A stretch of 64,000 bases of DNA, from the NCBI GenBank assembly GCA_040285855.1, contig JAUFOQ010000017.1:248001-312000 (forward strand), in the 5' to 3' direction. Both the position numbers and the translations under genes were made by a program. The notes below the pieces were generated by a model that was not told where the DNA came from, searched no databases, and was given only the letters and a program-made list of their open reading frames with translations. How positions within the stretch are numbered: position 1 is the first letter of the stretch; every line of letters starts with the position of its first letter. This DNA comes from Eukaryota sp. GEM-RC1. Lineage: Eukaryota. This document shows positions 38,098 through 50,556 of the stretch, in pieces.

Positions 38098-39597
38098 ATG
38101 GGTCGCCAAAATCCTTCTGAACAACGACCTCGTAAACGTCCAAATACTAAAAATAAAAACACCTCTGTTGTTGGTCGTACAATGATCAAGAAAATCTATG
38201 GGAAACCCAAAGCTTCTGTTGCGGATCCCTTTGCTCAAACTCTTTCCACTAATGAGCGTATTCAAGCTGACGAGGCTGGTCCTAGTAAGTACTCTGTCAC
38301 CGAAGTCTCAGATCTGGATCACTTACTAGATGTTGCAGTTCTATCATCTCGAAACTTTGAAGCTGAAAAGGAACGCAGCACACTTCTACTCTCTACTGCT
38401 CTTGAGAAAGTTGTTCCTCATCAACGTGAATTTGATGCTCTTAGAGAGGGTCACGATCGTCTTACCATTCCAAGACGTCCTAGTTGGGATAGCGATACAA
38501 CAGCTGATGAACTCCAAGTTCTTGAACGTGAATCTTTCCTAGAGTGGCGCCGTCAGCTAGCTCAAATAGAAGAAACTGAACAAGTAGTTCTTACCCCTTT
38601 TGAACGTAACCTTGACTTTTGGCGTCAGCTGTGGCGTGTAGTCGAACAGTCTGATGTTGTTCTTTTCATTATCGATGCTAGGAATCCGTATTTGTTCAGA
38701 TGTGCGGATCTAGAACGATATATTAAGGAGAACAATGCCAAGCTTATTTTCTTAGCTAATAAGGCTGATTTAGTCCCTCGGTTATATAGATCTTCATGGA
38801 AGAAGTACTTCCAGGAGGTTTTAGGTGCGGAATTGGTTTACTTCTCTGCTACACACTCTTTAGAACATAACTTACATGACATCATTGAAGATGATGAAGG
38901 ATATCCTACAGTTGACTCTGAGAAGATGTATTTTGAGGATAACGGATCTACAGATGACGTCACCGATGTTCCAGTTCTTACAGTTAAGGGTCTCTTGTCT
39001 CATTTGAAGGGTTTATCTCAGTCAATGGACTGGAAACTGTCTTCTACTGACACTAAAGAGGGTATATTCCGTGTTGGAATGGTTGGTTATCCAAATGTGG
39101 GTAAAAGTAGTGCTATTAACGCTCTAGCTGGTAGGAAGTGTGTTTCTGTTGCTGCAACTCCAGGACATACCAAACACTTTCAGACAATTCCTCTGTCTAA
39201 ACGTCTACATCTCGTGGATTGTCCTGGACTTGTGTTCCCTGCTGCTCTCTACTCTAAGGATGAACTTGCAGTTTCTGGTATTTTGCCGGCAGATACTCTT
39301 CGTGACACTGTTTCTCCCGCTGGGGTCATTATGAACAGAGTTTCCCTTAAACAGATCAACGACGTCTATAGCACTGACTTTACGTCCATTCCTGAATGTC
39401 CGTACTCATTCTTAGGTAGAATTGCTGAACAGAAAGGTCTCTATTGTGGTAAAGGTCAACCTGATCTTCATCGGATTGGAAGGATCATTCTAAAGGACAT
39501 TTTCAATGGGAGAATCCTGTATTGTGGTAAACCGTATCATCATTATACTGGTGAACTACCTGAAGTTGAAGCTTGTGATGTAGGACTCAAAATTTAA
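38098..39597 (+). CDS. LSG1: large-subunit GTPase 1 (circularly permuted GTPase)
   Basis: TPFERNLDFWRQLWRVVE, DARNP, NKADL, GYPNVGKSS, TPGHTKHFQT, DCPGLVFP. Confidence 0.95.
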   Translation: MGRQNPSEQRPRKRPNTKNKNTSVVGRTMIKKIYGKPKASVADPFAQTLSTNERIQADEAGPSKYSVTEVSDLDHLLDVAVLSSRNFEAEKERSTLLLSTALEKVVPHQREFDALREGHDRLTIPRRPSWDSDTTADELQVLERESFLEWRRQLAQIEETEQVVLTPFERNLDFWRQLWRVVEQSDVVLFIIDARNPYLFRCADLERYIKENNAKLIFLANKADLVPRLYRSSWKKYFQEVLGAELVYFSATHSLEHNLHDIIEDDEGYPTVDSEKMYFEDNGSTDDVTDVPVLTVKGLLSHLKGLSQSMDWKLSSTDTKEGIFRVGMVGYPNVGKSSAINALAGRKCVSVAATPGHTKHFQTIPLSKRLHLVDCPGLVFPAALYSKDELAVSGILPADTLRDTVSPAGVIMNRVSLKQINDVYSTDFTSIPECPYSFLGRIAEQKGLYCGKGQPDLHRIGRIILKDIFNGRILYCGKPYHHYTGELPEVEACDVGLKI

Positions 39598-40043
39598 AAT
39601 TTTAGTATTTCTTAGTCTTTTTTTTCTTCTTTTGTCCAAATCAACTTTAATCGGTTGATTTCGGGAGCGTATTTGTTTGAATATAAATTATTCGTATTTA
39701 ATCTTATTTTTTGATATAGATTTCGATAGTATTTGAAAACAAAAATTGAACAATTTTAGATGTTAGAAGAACGTTGGAAAGTTTATACAAAAAGACCAAT
39801 TGAAGATCAATGCTTAAAATGAGTAATACATCTGAAATTGACAGTTGAACAAGATACTCAGCAAAATATAAAAAATAATTCTAAAAAAACGAGATAGAAT
39901 GAGCAAATCGTCCTAACATGACAAAAAACGAGGAGTCTAAATGGAAACCAAAACAACAATAACAGTGACATAGTAAAACAGATAATGTTTGTACAAAAAA
40001 CGACGATTCCTCCATAACTGCCGTTACAAACAATTGGAAAGAA

Positions 40044-41003
40044 CTATGTTTCAGAATTTAAAATATTTCCAAAAAATCCCATAACAATCAACGAACTCAA
40101 CAATCCTTTAACTGATTCAAAACTCTTTTCATCTAAATCACAGGACAGTATATTAACCAAAGCACCCAGTGCACCTTTCTGCCCAGTAGTAGATCCATTA
40201 GCCAATACAAAGCACAAATGCTCAACTCCTTTGATTTCTTTAAGAATCTCCCTACAAGTTAAATCACGTGCGAGGTTCTGTAAAGTACCAGCAGCTGAGG
40301 ACTGAACGTCATCGTTTGATGAGTGGAGGAGCTCTAGTATAGAGTTGAGAAAAGGAAGGTTAGCACAGTCTTTTAAGACAGAATCCTTAGTAGTAAGGTT
40401 GTGAACAGCCCCTAGAGCAGCTTCTTTAAGAGAATTCGAGGAGGAAGTAGAAGTGAGGAAGGAAGAAAGAACAAGTATAGAATGCTCCTCAACGCACTTG
40501 ACTTTGCCAGACTCGTGGAAAGCAAGGGTTTGAAGTAAGACACAGAGAGCAGAGAGGGTGGGGTCATCGTTCAAAGAGATCAAGAGATTGTTAACAAAGG
40601 GAACAATGTTCAGAGTAACAAAGAAGACAGTGCAGGTCTCTGTATAGCAGAGATTAGTCACTACAGAAACAAGATGGTAGAGAAAGGCAGCGTTGCTTTG
40701 TTTGAGGAGGTAGTAAAGAGCTTCAAGGGATCTAGTAGAGAATCCCTGTCTGCAGGAGTCGAATCTAGCAATGATTCTAAGAGCAGCAAGGATTGAGAGC
40801 GTAATGTCAACGTCATCAACAAGCCGTGGATCAGCAATTAACTCAGCGAGAGAATTCAGGTTATAAGAGTCATCCCAAGGACAAGGTTCGTCTAGACAAG
40901 CATCGTAAGTGGAAGAAAAGACGTTTAAATGGTGCAGAAGTGTATTCCTATCCCATTGAGTGGTGGTAGCTACCTTTAGAAAACGGAGAGTTTCAACAGC
41001 CAT
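40044..41003 (-). CDS. armadillo-repeat protein
   Basis: Repeated AALGAVHNL, AAGTLQNLA and ALGALVNI ARM helices. Confidence 0.75.
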   Translation of the reverse strand: MAVETLRFLKVATTTQWDRNTLLHHLNVFSSTYDACLDEPCPWDDSYNLNSLAELIADPRLVDDVDITLSILAALRIIARFDSCRQGFSTRSLEALYYLLKQSNAAFLYHLVSVVTNLCYTETCTVFFVTLNIVPFVNNLLISLNDDPTLSALCVLLQTLAFHESGKVKCVEEHSILVLSSFLTSTSSSNSLKEAALGAVHNLTTKDSVLKDCANLPFLNSILELLHSSNDDVQSSAAGTLQNLARDLTCREILKEIKGVEHLCFVLANGSTTGQKGALGALVNILSCDLDEKSFESVKGLLSSLIVMGFFGNILNSET

Positions 41004-41659
41004 AACATTATCATCTGATGTTAATTGAATCTAAAACCAAGAGTTGTTGAGAGATTTGGTAAAGATTTGACTTCAAACACCTCTCGTTTGATAGCTTGCT
41101 TTAATAGTCGTTATTTATGTATTTGTTGTTTTCTTACAACTTTATTCGGTACCCAATGAGGTAACCTTCCTACAAAAGTTAGAAATTGTTGTTTTCTTTT
41201 TGTGTGTTTTCTCTGCACATGAATCCGCTATTTCTTACCTGAAAAATACAACCACTTTGATCTGCTACAATACAAAATATACAAAATATACAATACAACA
41301 AAAAAATACAAAGAAATACAGGTACATTGTACAATGACGTGGCAATCTCAAATCAAAGTCACGACAATGCTACTGGAAAGTACGGTAGTGTACACACAAC
41401 ATTCTTTTTTTTCTTTGACACAACATTTTACACCAACTCTCTCCGGTTCTTGATAATGCAAAACACCATACTCCTGGAGACGAAACTTTTTCTTTTTTAT
41501 TTTCTGGAAAAAGAAAAGTACGTTCTGAAAGTAAGAATTCAAGGGTTGATATGGAATTACCTAATAGTAGAGAAACTTGAAGGTAAACATTTGCATTCTT
41601 TTGTATTTTAGATTTGGACTTGAGATAAATTGGTTAAACTATACTTTATTTCCAACTAT

Positions 41660-42712
41660 AGATTAAATCTTCTTGAAAGTATTTGCAGCTTCTAGTTTGA
41701 TCCTCTATGTGGTGAAATAGGAGATCTTTCTTCTGGTCATCTTGCTTTCCTGTTGATATCAAAGAAAATCCATGTCGAAACATTTTGTCTGTAAAATTTG
41801 TTTAAAGAAGCTACAAAATTATCTGTTAAAATATTCTGAAAGTTTAGATTTTACAGTTCGTCCTTGCTCGGCTAAGGAAAAAAATCCAGCTTTCGCTAAT
41901 TTTTTAATTGATTTACAGGATAGTTCTGGTGTGGCATTAATTAATCAGATTCCACAAGTATATGGTTTGTTATTAAATGATCATCAATGTACCACTACAA
42001 TGAGACTTCGTTGTTATTTATGGCCATATAATCTGCCAAATGATTTTCAATGTAGCTGTGGAAAACAATTAACGTTTTCTCATTTGTTAAGTTGTAATCG
42101 CTACATAACTTATCGAACGTGTATGCATGATGCTGGAAGAGACCAAATGCATACTATGTGTAAGTCGTACAAAATTAAATCATTTGTTGAACCACTTCTA
42201 AAATATGTAGAGTTGAAGAATTGTAATGACGAAATACAGAACCATTTTTTGGTAAACGAAGAGAAAATGTTGTTGTCATTTCCTCTTCAGACAATTTGTA
42301 TGTTGTCAATGTGGTGCCTGTGGATGTTTGACGTATAAACATTTCTCAACAAGCCAAACAGGATAAGTACAGAAAACTATAGATGGCTTTAAAACATGTA
42401 AAACATGTTGAATACGGATTATGCCCTTTTGCTGTTTCCAATTTACGGACGTTTAGGAAAAAGTGTATTGAATTTTTCAAACGATTTCGAGAAAAATCGT
42501 AAAAAATAGAATGAACAAACGTTTTGACCATGTGTTATGGTTGAATCGTATCGTTTTTACTGTTTTTAAAACAATTCCCCTAATCATCTCCAAAGCTTTA
42601 CTAGCTGTGAGTTCCTTTTATGAGGACAAAGCTGTTGTAAGATTTGATAGCGATGGATGTTGTTTTAATGAAATCAAATTTTAGTTGTTTAGTCTGTCAC
42701 ATTAAGAATAAA
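41660..42712 (+). mobile_element. 3' fragment of a CRE-like retroelement
   Basis: NPAFANFLIDLQDS, QIPQVYGL, CSCG..H..SC, HD, FVEPLL; AATAAA after the stop. Confidence 0.8.
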
Positions 42713-43381
42713 TTCTGTAGTTAAAAGCTATAAATTATATTTGTTACTTTGTTTAATGTTTCCATCATTGTCATTGAGATAACAAATAGATGTAGCTTAC
42801 TGTAAGTTGAAACAAACAGCAACATTGACACTACAAGATAGCAGCAGTCAAAAATACACAACTTAGAATAAGTACAATAAGAGTGTATTTGTCAGGTATG
42901 CTTCAAAACAATTCTACAGTACTGTAGTTCCATTAAACATTGTTTAAAAGTTAAGACCAGCATACAGTAACCAATTACTAGAACTTTCGCTGAATATTCT
43001 ACTTTTGTCGTTAATTATCGGTGATCAAATTCGGCTGACAATTGATTAAATCCTTATAGGCAATGACTGTTTTCGCTGCTAACCAATGCTAGTTTTTTCT
43101 TTCAATTAAAGGCTACGAAACTACAATTCAATTACTAGTAGTTCAATTGTGACTGAATTCGTGTATGCTCTCAGATTGGAAAGTACAGAAAAAGTACGAG
43201 AGGAAAATAGTCGTAAGAATTCTTCAATCTGTAAGTCTACCACTTCTTGTTCAAACCACAATTATATCAAAATAATATATATTTAATTTCCAATCCACTG
43301 ACTGCAATAAAAATTGACGTGCAATACGATTCAAGAATTAAATAAATTAAAAAAAAACTAAATCTAGACAATCAAACTACA

Positions 43382-45122
43382 CTAACGAGAACGTTTCATT
43401 GAACTATCACCTCCTTTAGACCTTCCCCTAGAAATCAGCTCAGGCGCCTCGTCATCACTTTCCTCTTTCGGCTGCTCCCTCCTCTGCCGTCTAATCTCCT
43501 TGTCCTGATCATCAGAAGACTTTATTCTTGCTTTAACCTCACTATAATACTTTTCTGAATCTGCAGAAGTAAAGTCAACATTATCTACTAAAAGATCTTC
43601 AGCATCTCCAAATATGATCTTCTTTCTTATAGGCACAACTTCCTCAACTTCATCGACCTCATCAACAGCCTTCTTAGTAGTAAACAACTCGTCATCTGAT
43701 TCAGATTCAGAGTCTGATTGAGCTACTCTACTCAAGGAGTCATTGTCTTGCTTCCAATTCTGATCTTGATTCTTCTTGGCAATAAATCTAATCCTAGGTG
43801 CCTTATTTAGCCCATAACTAGAAGCCAATTCAATTAGATTAATTCCTCTGGGGTCAAAAACTTCCTTATCAGGCTGTAAATGGACTGATCTGACAAAAGC
43901 AACAAAGGCTTTTTTGAGCTAGAGTTTTGAGCTCTCCATCACGTGACAACATAGCTTGAAGGGCAGGAGTCAAATCAACTAATTTTGATTGATTGGGCTT
44001 AATCTCATCAACCTGAACCTTACTACTCTTCAACTTATCAATAAATCCCAATTCTTCCTTAGTAACCATGAGAATTCCTTTCCCTCCACGTCTAAACCGA
44101 GCTGTCCTTCCAACTCTGTGCACGTAACTGGTCACGTCATCAGGACAATCAACTTGGAGAACCCAAGAAACGTCAGGAAAGTCAAGTCCTCGTGCTGCAA
44201 TGTCGGTACAGAATAAGACACATTGTGACTTCTGTTTAAAAATCAAAGTAAACCTGTTGTCTTTTCTTTTGTTTTTGACGTCCATAGAGAGATAAAAGAG
44301 AAACACCTGGGCGAAGGTGGCAGAATAACTTGTAATAGAACTGAACTTGCTTACAACAAGATAAAAACACAATAATCTTGTCTTTTAAATGAGTTCTAAT
44401 AAAAGAATATAAAACATTGATTTTTGATTGATGAGGGACAATCATATACTTCTGATGAAGTCCACGTGGCGTGATTGACTCCTTCCTCTTTGCAATATCA
44501 ACAGAAACAGGATTGTTCAATGACAACATTGCCAACTGAGATACTTTATGATCAAGAGTAGCAGAGAACAGCATGGTCTGGCGCTTAGCTGGCAGAAACT
44601 CTACTATAGACTTAAGAGAAGGCATGAACCCCATGTCCAATAGTCGGTCAGCTTCGTCCAAGACTAGAATTCCTAAGTTATCTCCGTAAAAGAGGCTTGT
44701 CTCTTGGATGTGTTGTACTAGTCTTCCAGGGGTTGTGATTAGGATGTTCATTGAGGCGATGAGTTCTTGTTCTTTTCAATGTCTGATCCACCAATGACAA
44801 CACCAGCTGAGAAATCGTGGTATTTTCCTACTTTGAGGAGGACATCGTAGATTTGGGTGGAAAGTTCACGAAGAGGAGTAACAATGAGGGCACCAAGACC
44901 ATCTAAGTTGGTCCAATTGTGGCTGTAGAGATGTTCTAGAATGGGGATAAGAAAAGATAGAGTCTTACCACTTCCTGTTTCAGCTGCAGCAAGGATGTCT
45001 TTACCTTCGAGTGCAAGAGGGAGTGTGGCTTGTTGAATTTCTGTCATATTGGTAAAGTTACCATCTTGAAGCCCACGAAGAGTTGGTTTAGATAAATTTA
45101 GACAATTGAAGGAGGTGCTCAT
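43382..45122 (-). CDS. DDX10: DEAD-box helicase DDX10/Dbp4; split by three frameshifts (~44775, ~44240, ~43912)
   Basis: [60 protein letters not shown]. Confidence 0.92.
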
Positions 45123-45183
45123 TGATCTAGTTGTGGCGATCTAAACTAAGATGAATTAAAACAACTCTTTGTTTCAGATCCAA

Positions 45184-45825
45184 ATGCAAACTCTACCAGT
45201 TCTCGTTGAAGGATCCTTTTGTCCATTGTATTTCTATCTTAGTGCACATCGTGGTTCGGCTTCTATTTTTCCAGTTGGACGAACACTTTTTCTCTCAAAT
45301 TATGCCAATCTCGATCAGTCTACCCTGCAAACCTTTTTCCAGTCATTTGGGGATATTGAATCAATCACAATGTCTCCTGATAAAAATCACACTCACATTG
45401 TCTTTGTTACTAGAGAATCTCTCCAACACGTATTATCACTTACTCAAGAGACCGCCCCTGCTATCTCTTTACCTTCCCAAAACTATCTCGGCTCATGGGT
45501 GAAGTCCTATCGATCCTCCTTCAAAGATTGTTCTTCCCTTCAAGAGGAAATCACTTCGTTTATTGAATCTTGTGATAGACAGAAGGAAGACATGCCTACT
45601 GGAGATCCTGATAATGAGGGATTCATTAATGTCACTTCAGGACGTAGATCCACCGACTCTCTAGCTCCAAAGAAAAAGAAGAAAAAGAATGAGGTTGGGG
45701 ATAGTTTTTATGCTTTCCATCGTCGGAATAAGCGAACTTCTGAACTCCAGGAACTACGGAAAGCCTTTGAAGAAGATAAACAAAAGATCCAGCGAATGCG
45801 GGCGTCGAGATCATTTAGGCCTTAA
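45184..45825 (+). CDS. RRP7: RRP7-like SSU processome protein
   Basis: RTLFLSN RRM-like region; PDNEGFINV...FYAFH...LQELRKAFEEDKQKIQRMRASRSFRP. Confidence 0.88.
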   Translation: MQTLPVLVEGSFCPLYFYLSAHRGSASIFPVGRTLFLSNYANLDQSTLQTFFQSFGDIESITMSPDKNHTHIVFVTRESLQHVLSLTQETAPAISLPSQNYLGSWVKSYRSSFKDCSSLQEEITSFIESCDRQKEDMPTGDPDNEGFINVTSGRRSTDSLAPKKKKKKNEVGDSFYAFHRRNKRTSELQELRKAFEEDKQKIQRMRASRSFRP

Positions 45826-46276
45826 ATTAGTTAGTAGTTATAGTTTTTTTCTATTTTATTTAGCATTGTTTTGGAGGTGGGGGTCGGAGTATTTGTTAAT
45901 GTCGTTTTCTTTTGGTCATGATAGCGATTCTGCTGAATGTTAATATATGGTTGTTTCATTATTTCCTATAAGTTGACACAACTATAACTTGAGTGCTCCT
46001 TGTTGTTTGTGTTTGATCTCCTTTTTGGTAGAGGGTGCAGTGAACATTCAAAATACAGCACGAACTCACACAGATTGATGACGTCATCATTGACAAAGAA
46101 CCAATAAATATGGTATCAATGAAACTAATTGTGTTGTGCAACGTACCAGGATATCGAATTGGGCAATCAAATACATTCTCAAATATTTTAATATTTATTG
46201 TACATGTATGTTATGACTTTGAATTTTGTTTATTGATATCTTTGTTAGTTGAACACAAGGAACATGTGAGGTTTGG

Positions 46277-48675
46277 AATCCGTCCAATTGCAGTTGGAGA
46301 ATCAATTTCTCGTTTATTCGCTTCAATAGTGTTTAATCGAGTGGTTGATAAAGCGGGTCGCTTTTTGTCTCCATTTCAATTTGGAATTAAGACAATTGAT
46401 GGGCTTCTGTTGCTGCCTTAACATCAGATTTGTTTTTCAATTCACATGATGATAATTTCATTTTTAATCTTGATTTCAAAAATGCGTTTAATTCAGTTAG
46501 TCGTAGATCTGTTTTTGCTGCTATTGAAAAAGACTTTCCTGAGTTGACGTCCTACTTCTATGTATATTTATGGAAAACCAAGCGATTTAATTTATGATTC
46601 ATATACATTGAAATCTATGTCTGGTGTTAAACAAGGAGATCCTCTTGGTCCTCTGTTCTTTTGTTTGGCTATTCATGATTCGCTTTTGTGTATTTTACAA
46701 AAATACCCAGACCTTAAGATAGTTGGCTATATGAATGATATTTCTATTATTGGTCTTATTGAATTGTTAAAAGGGTTGCTGTGGAAGTACTTGATATTTA
46801 TGAAACATTAGGTTTATCTCTGAACCCAAACAAATGTTTATTAATTGGTAGATCTACACAAGAATTATTTATTAATGGAGTTCAGATTCTATTTATCAAT
46901 TATGTTGAAGACGCTTTTCGTTTTCTAGGTTGTTGTCTTGGGAATGTTCCTAAAATTTCTCAAGAATTATCTAATTGTTTGGAAAAACTGGTTCAGAACT
47001 CAACACAATTTCTTCATATGATATTGAAAAACATATCAAGTTTTGTATTTTAAAAATTTATTACTCCGAAAAAATTACACATCTTTTGAGATCTACTGGT
47101 CCTTCAATCGCTCTGAACTTTTGTAGATCTTTTAACGAGTTAAGGATTAATTTTTTTAGCATCATTGTTAGAAGTTGATTCAACGTTACTTAGAAGTCAT
47201 TTGTTTACTTCTGCTCATTTTGATGGTATTGGTTTTACCAAATCTTCAATTCTTCGCAAATCTGCTTTTTCAGGCGGTGGAAAAAATTTCATTTTTGAAT
47301 TTGTTAATCGATTTCCTAATGATGTTTCACTTATTAGCCCCAATTCATGTAAATATTGATTTGACTTAAACGAAGCGTTCATCAAATTACCTTTTGACGT
47401 TTGGTCTCAGTGTTTCCCAGAATCTGTGGCTGAAATATGTGAAAGATGTTTGAATAATCTTCAGTACTGTCTGAAAAAATTACAACAGAAACTCACAAAT
47501 ATTTTTGAAAGCTTGGATTATAATGTTAGACTTGGCATGGCCAAGGAAAAAAATCCCGCTTTTCCAAATTTCTTAACGGATGTTTCTAATAGCTCTGCTT
47601 CATGTCTGATTACTCAAATCCCTCAAGTTTACGGTCTTCTTCTTGATGATAACTCTTGGTCATTAAACATGCGTTTACGGTCATATATTTGGCCTGATAA
47701 CCTTCCACATAATTTGAAATGCCAATGTGGGCAATCTGTAACACCTACACAGTTATTGAATTGTTACCGTTTTATTTTTTTTTTGAACGTAAGGTTCATG
47801 ATTCAGTAAGGGATCATTTATATTGTATGTGTAAATCTTATGGAATAGTTTCCTTTTTAGAACCAGTTCTGGCTGGTTTGTTTGATGACACAGATGTTGA
47901 CAAATCGTTTGGAAATAGCCGTGGTGATGTCATATTTCCTGGTCTTGATAGATCTTTCATTATTGCTGATGTTATGTCTATCGATGTTTGAAATGATTCC
48001 AACAAGAAACTTCGTAAGTCTAATGCTAAAAACCCTCTGTTGATAGGTGAAAAATTTAAAATGCAAAAATATTGTGCTAAATTGAAATTATTGAGTTACT
48101 TGTTGTACCCTTTCGTATTTTCACTGTACGGTTCTTTAGGTGAATCTGCAACATCATTACTTGAAATCTTTGTGAAGATTGTTAAAGAAAAAACATCTAG
48201 GACTTTTGATAGATTTTGGAAAAATCGAATCGTGTTTGCTATCTTTAAAGGTATGGTGACTTCTGAATCTAGCGCTTTATTAACTCTGGGCAGACATTAT
48301 GAGGATAAGGTAGGTGAGAATTTCCAGTTAGGCAGTCTGGACTTTGAGGATATTGATTATTAGATGTATGAACACTGTAGCAGTGTTCGAAATTTCCCAC
48401 GTGTTTTTTAAAAGACACCGTGTCGGTGTTAACACGCGTGTCCACACGGTGTCTTTGTAATTTAATAAGATGATATATATCTTATTATTTTTTTAATATT
48501 GAGGGAAATAAAAGGGTACTTTCGAAGTTTTCTAGGTTTTTTGCAGAAAAACACGTACATATGCGGTGTCTTTTTGCGTGTTTTTCACAAGACACCGTGT
48601 CCGTGTCCAAACGTGTCTGTGTGTCCAAACATGTCCACGCGTGTCTTCGAACACTGCACTGTAGTGTTGTTGTCA
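46277..48675 (+). mobile_element. 5'-truncated CRE-like retrotransposon, copy A (inactive)
   Basis: IRPIAVGE, QFGI, DFKNAFNSV, GVKQGDPLGP, YMND, CQCG knuckle, RGD..DV..K.QKY. Nearly identical to copy B from 46423 onward. Confidence 0.9.
48381..48656. mobile_element. hAT-type MITE (276 bp) in the 3' UTR of CRE copy A
   Basis: TIR CAGTGTTCGAA, TSD CACTGTAG (48373-80 and 48657-64), CGTGTC subterminal repeats. The empty site is present in copy B (~52508). Confidence 0.93.
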
Positions 48676-48758
48676 GAAAAATATTTTCTTTAAAAACTAT
48701 CTTTACAAATAAGGTTGTGTAAGTTCTGTCATAACAGAAAGTCTTCTATCGCAAACTC

Positions 48759-49274
48759 TTAAAAGGTCTTACAAGGATCAGTATGACCACAAACACTACA
48801 TCCTCCAGAAGAATACATTCCATGAGGAAAATAAGTCACTGTATATTGCCCATTCAAGAAACTAGAAGCCTGAGATTGGGCCCAAGAAGAACATGCTGAG
48901 TATGAACCTGTATAACCCCATTCACAACGTCCAGGGCATCTGCAACGACGAACAGGGAAGATCATTCCGCTATTGGTTTCGACTCCAATTAAGGCATCTG
49001 AAAGGCTCTTTTCGAAGACTTCGGTAGCAGAAGTTTCGCTGGTGAGACTGTTAATGTTAGAAGCACAAAGAGAGCATCCACCAGAGCTGAAGGAACCACT
49101 AGGGAAGTAAGTACATCTTGCATCAGGTGTTGCTTGGACTGATCTAGCAGTTTGTTGACACCAACAGAAACATTGGGGAGAATTTCCTGAGTACCCGTGT
49201 GTACAAGAACCAGGACATCGACAACCAGCAAAAGCCAGTGCTATAAGTAAAGTGATAACAAAGATAGTTCTCAT
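48759..49274 (-). CDS. secreted precursor with two tandem Cys-rich domains
   Basis: Signal peptide MRTIFVITLLIALAFAG, two CRCPGxC...TYFPxG..SSGGCSxC repeats, and a linker ending in PVRR. Confidence 0.8.
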   Translation of the reverse strand: MRTIFVITLLIALAFAGCRCPGSCTHGYSGNSPQCFCWCQQTARSVQATPDARCTYFPSGSFSSGGCSLCASNINSLTSETSATEVFEKSLSDALIGVETNSGMIFPVRRCRCPGRCEWGYTGSYSACSSWAQSQASSFLNGQYTVTYFPHGMYSSGGCSVCGHTDPCKTF

Positions 49275-49466
49275 GTGAGGAATTAATCTCATCAAAATGT
49301 TGAATGATCGGCAATCTCAATGTCCCAATTTGTTTGCAAAAGACGTAATGCAATATGTTGCAGTCACAAACAAGTCAATACAGTATTGGTTTGAGTTTTT
49401 CACCTGTTACAATACTCTAAATAAACTTAAACAGACTCAGTTTTCTCCAAATCGAGTCGATTGTAT

Positions 49467-49585
49467 TAGAGCTGGGCATTCGACTAGACTAGTCTACTGA
49501 CTACGGACTAGACTAAGCTTTTAGTCTAAATCTTAGTCTACTCACTTAGTCTTAGTCTAGTTTAGTCAGTCTGTGCCCAGCTCTA
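49467..49585. mobile_element. 119-bp hAT-type MITE
   Basis: TIR TAGAGCTGGGCA, degenerate TSD GATTGTAT/GACTGTAC, and inverted GACTA/TAGTC internal repeats. Confidence 0.8.
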
Positions 49586-50556
49586 GACTGTACTCATTGA
49601 GAAGGTATGATTTCATTTTTAAATGGTATCAACGTCATAAACTGTCGTTTCGAAAGTTTATCAATGGTAAGTGAAATACGTGTGTATAACACATCAATCC
49701 AACAAGTGGACTTCGATTTAGAAAGTGAATTGGGATGTGCAATTGAACCCCGCTGATATGATCAAAAACTACACTGTTGAAACAGCCAGTAATTCTTCAA
49801 CGACATCACGAAGACATTGTTGGATATCTATTTGAGTCCTATTTTGGTTTATATAGGTAAGGGTCTTGAGCTTTGTATATAATAAAACATGTACCGATGA
49901 TTTACTTGTAGTTTGTATTTCGTTAATGTATAACATAAAACATTTAATAGTATGTATCGATGTTACAGTACATTTATTTGACAGAGGAGAATGATGTGGA
50001 AATTGTAGGCACATATAGAGGAAATTTTACTCACAACTAGAACCGTCTTTATCGTTATTGACTGTATTCTTTATTTGAGATTGTAAATAAAACGCTGTTA
50101 TTGGACTAGAACTACCGTAATTTAAATACCGGTGTTAGAACTTTTGTTTCGTGCATGCTATAATGTATTCCCAATACATATTATCTGATTGTAGTAACAC
50201 AAAATGAGTTTTCAATTTGTTAAGTTGAATCTACGGACTGAGTATCCTCGACTTAACGCAAGATCTGAGAACATCCTCAATGTTTCACCGCTGTCTCTCT
50301 ATAGTAATGCACCATGAAATACAATTTGTGAAACAATAAGTAAAAGTGATTAAGCTAGTTTTTCATCAGAATTAACTGTTTTATTACAAAGTGATAGATA
50401 CCCTTGACGAACAAAAATGAGAAAATGCCTCAAATACAACTTCGTATGTCCTAAGGGGATTGAGTCATTTGTATAAGTACCGACCAGATTCAAGAGCTGC
50501 AGATCTTTTCACAAAGTTATTCATCTTAATGATAACAAATTGTCAATCAAAAACTA

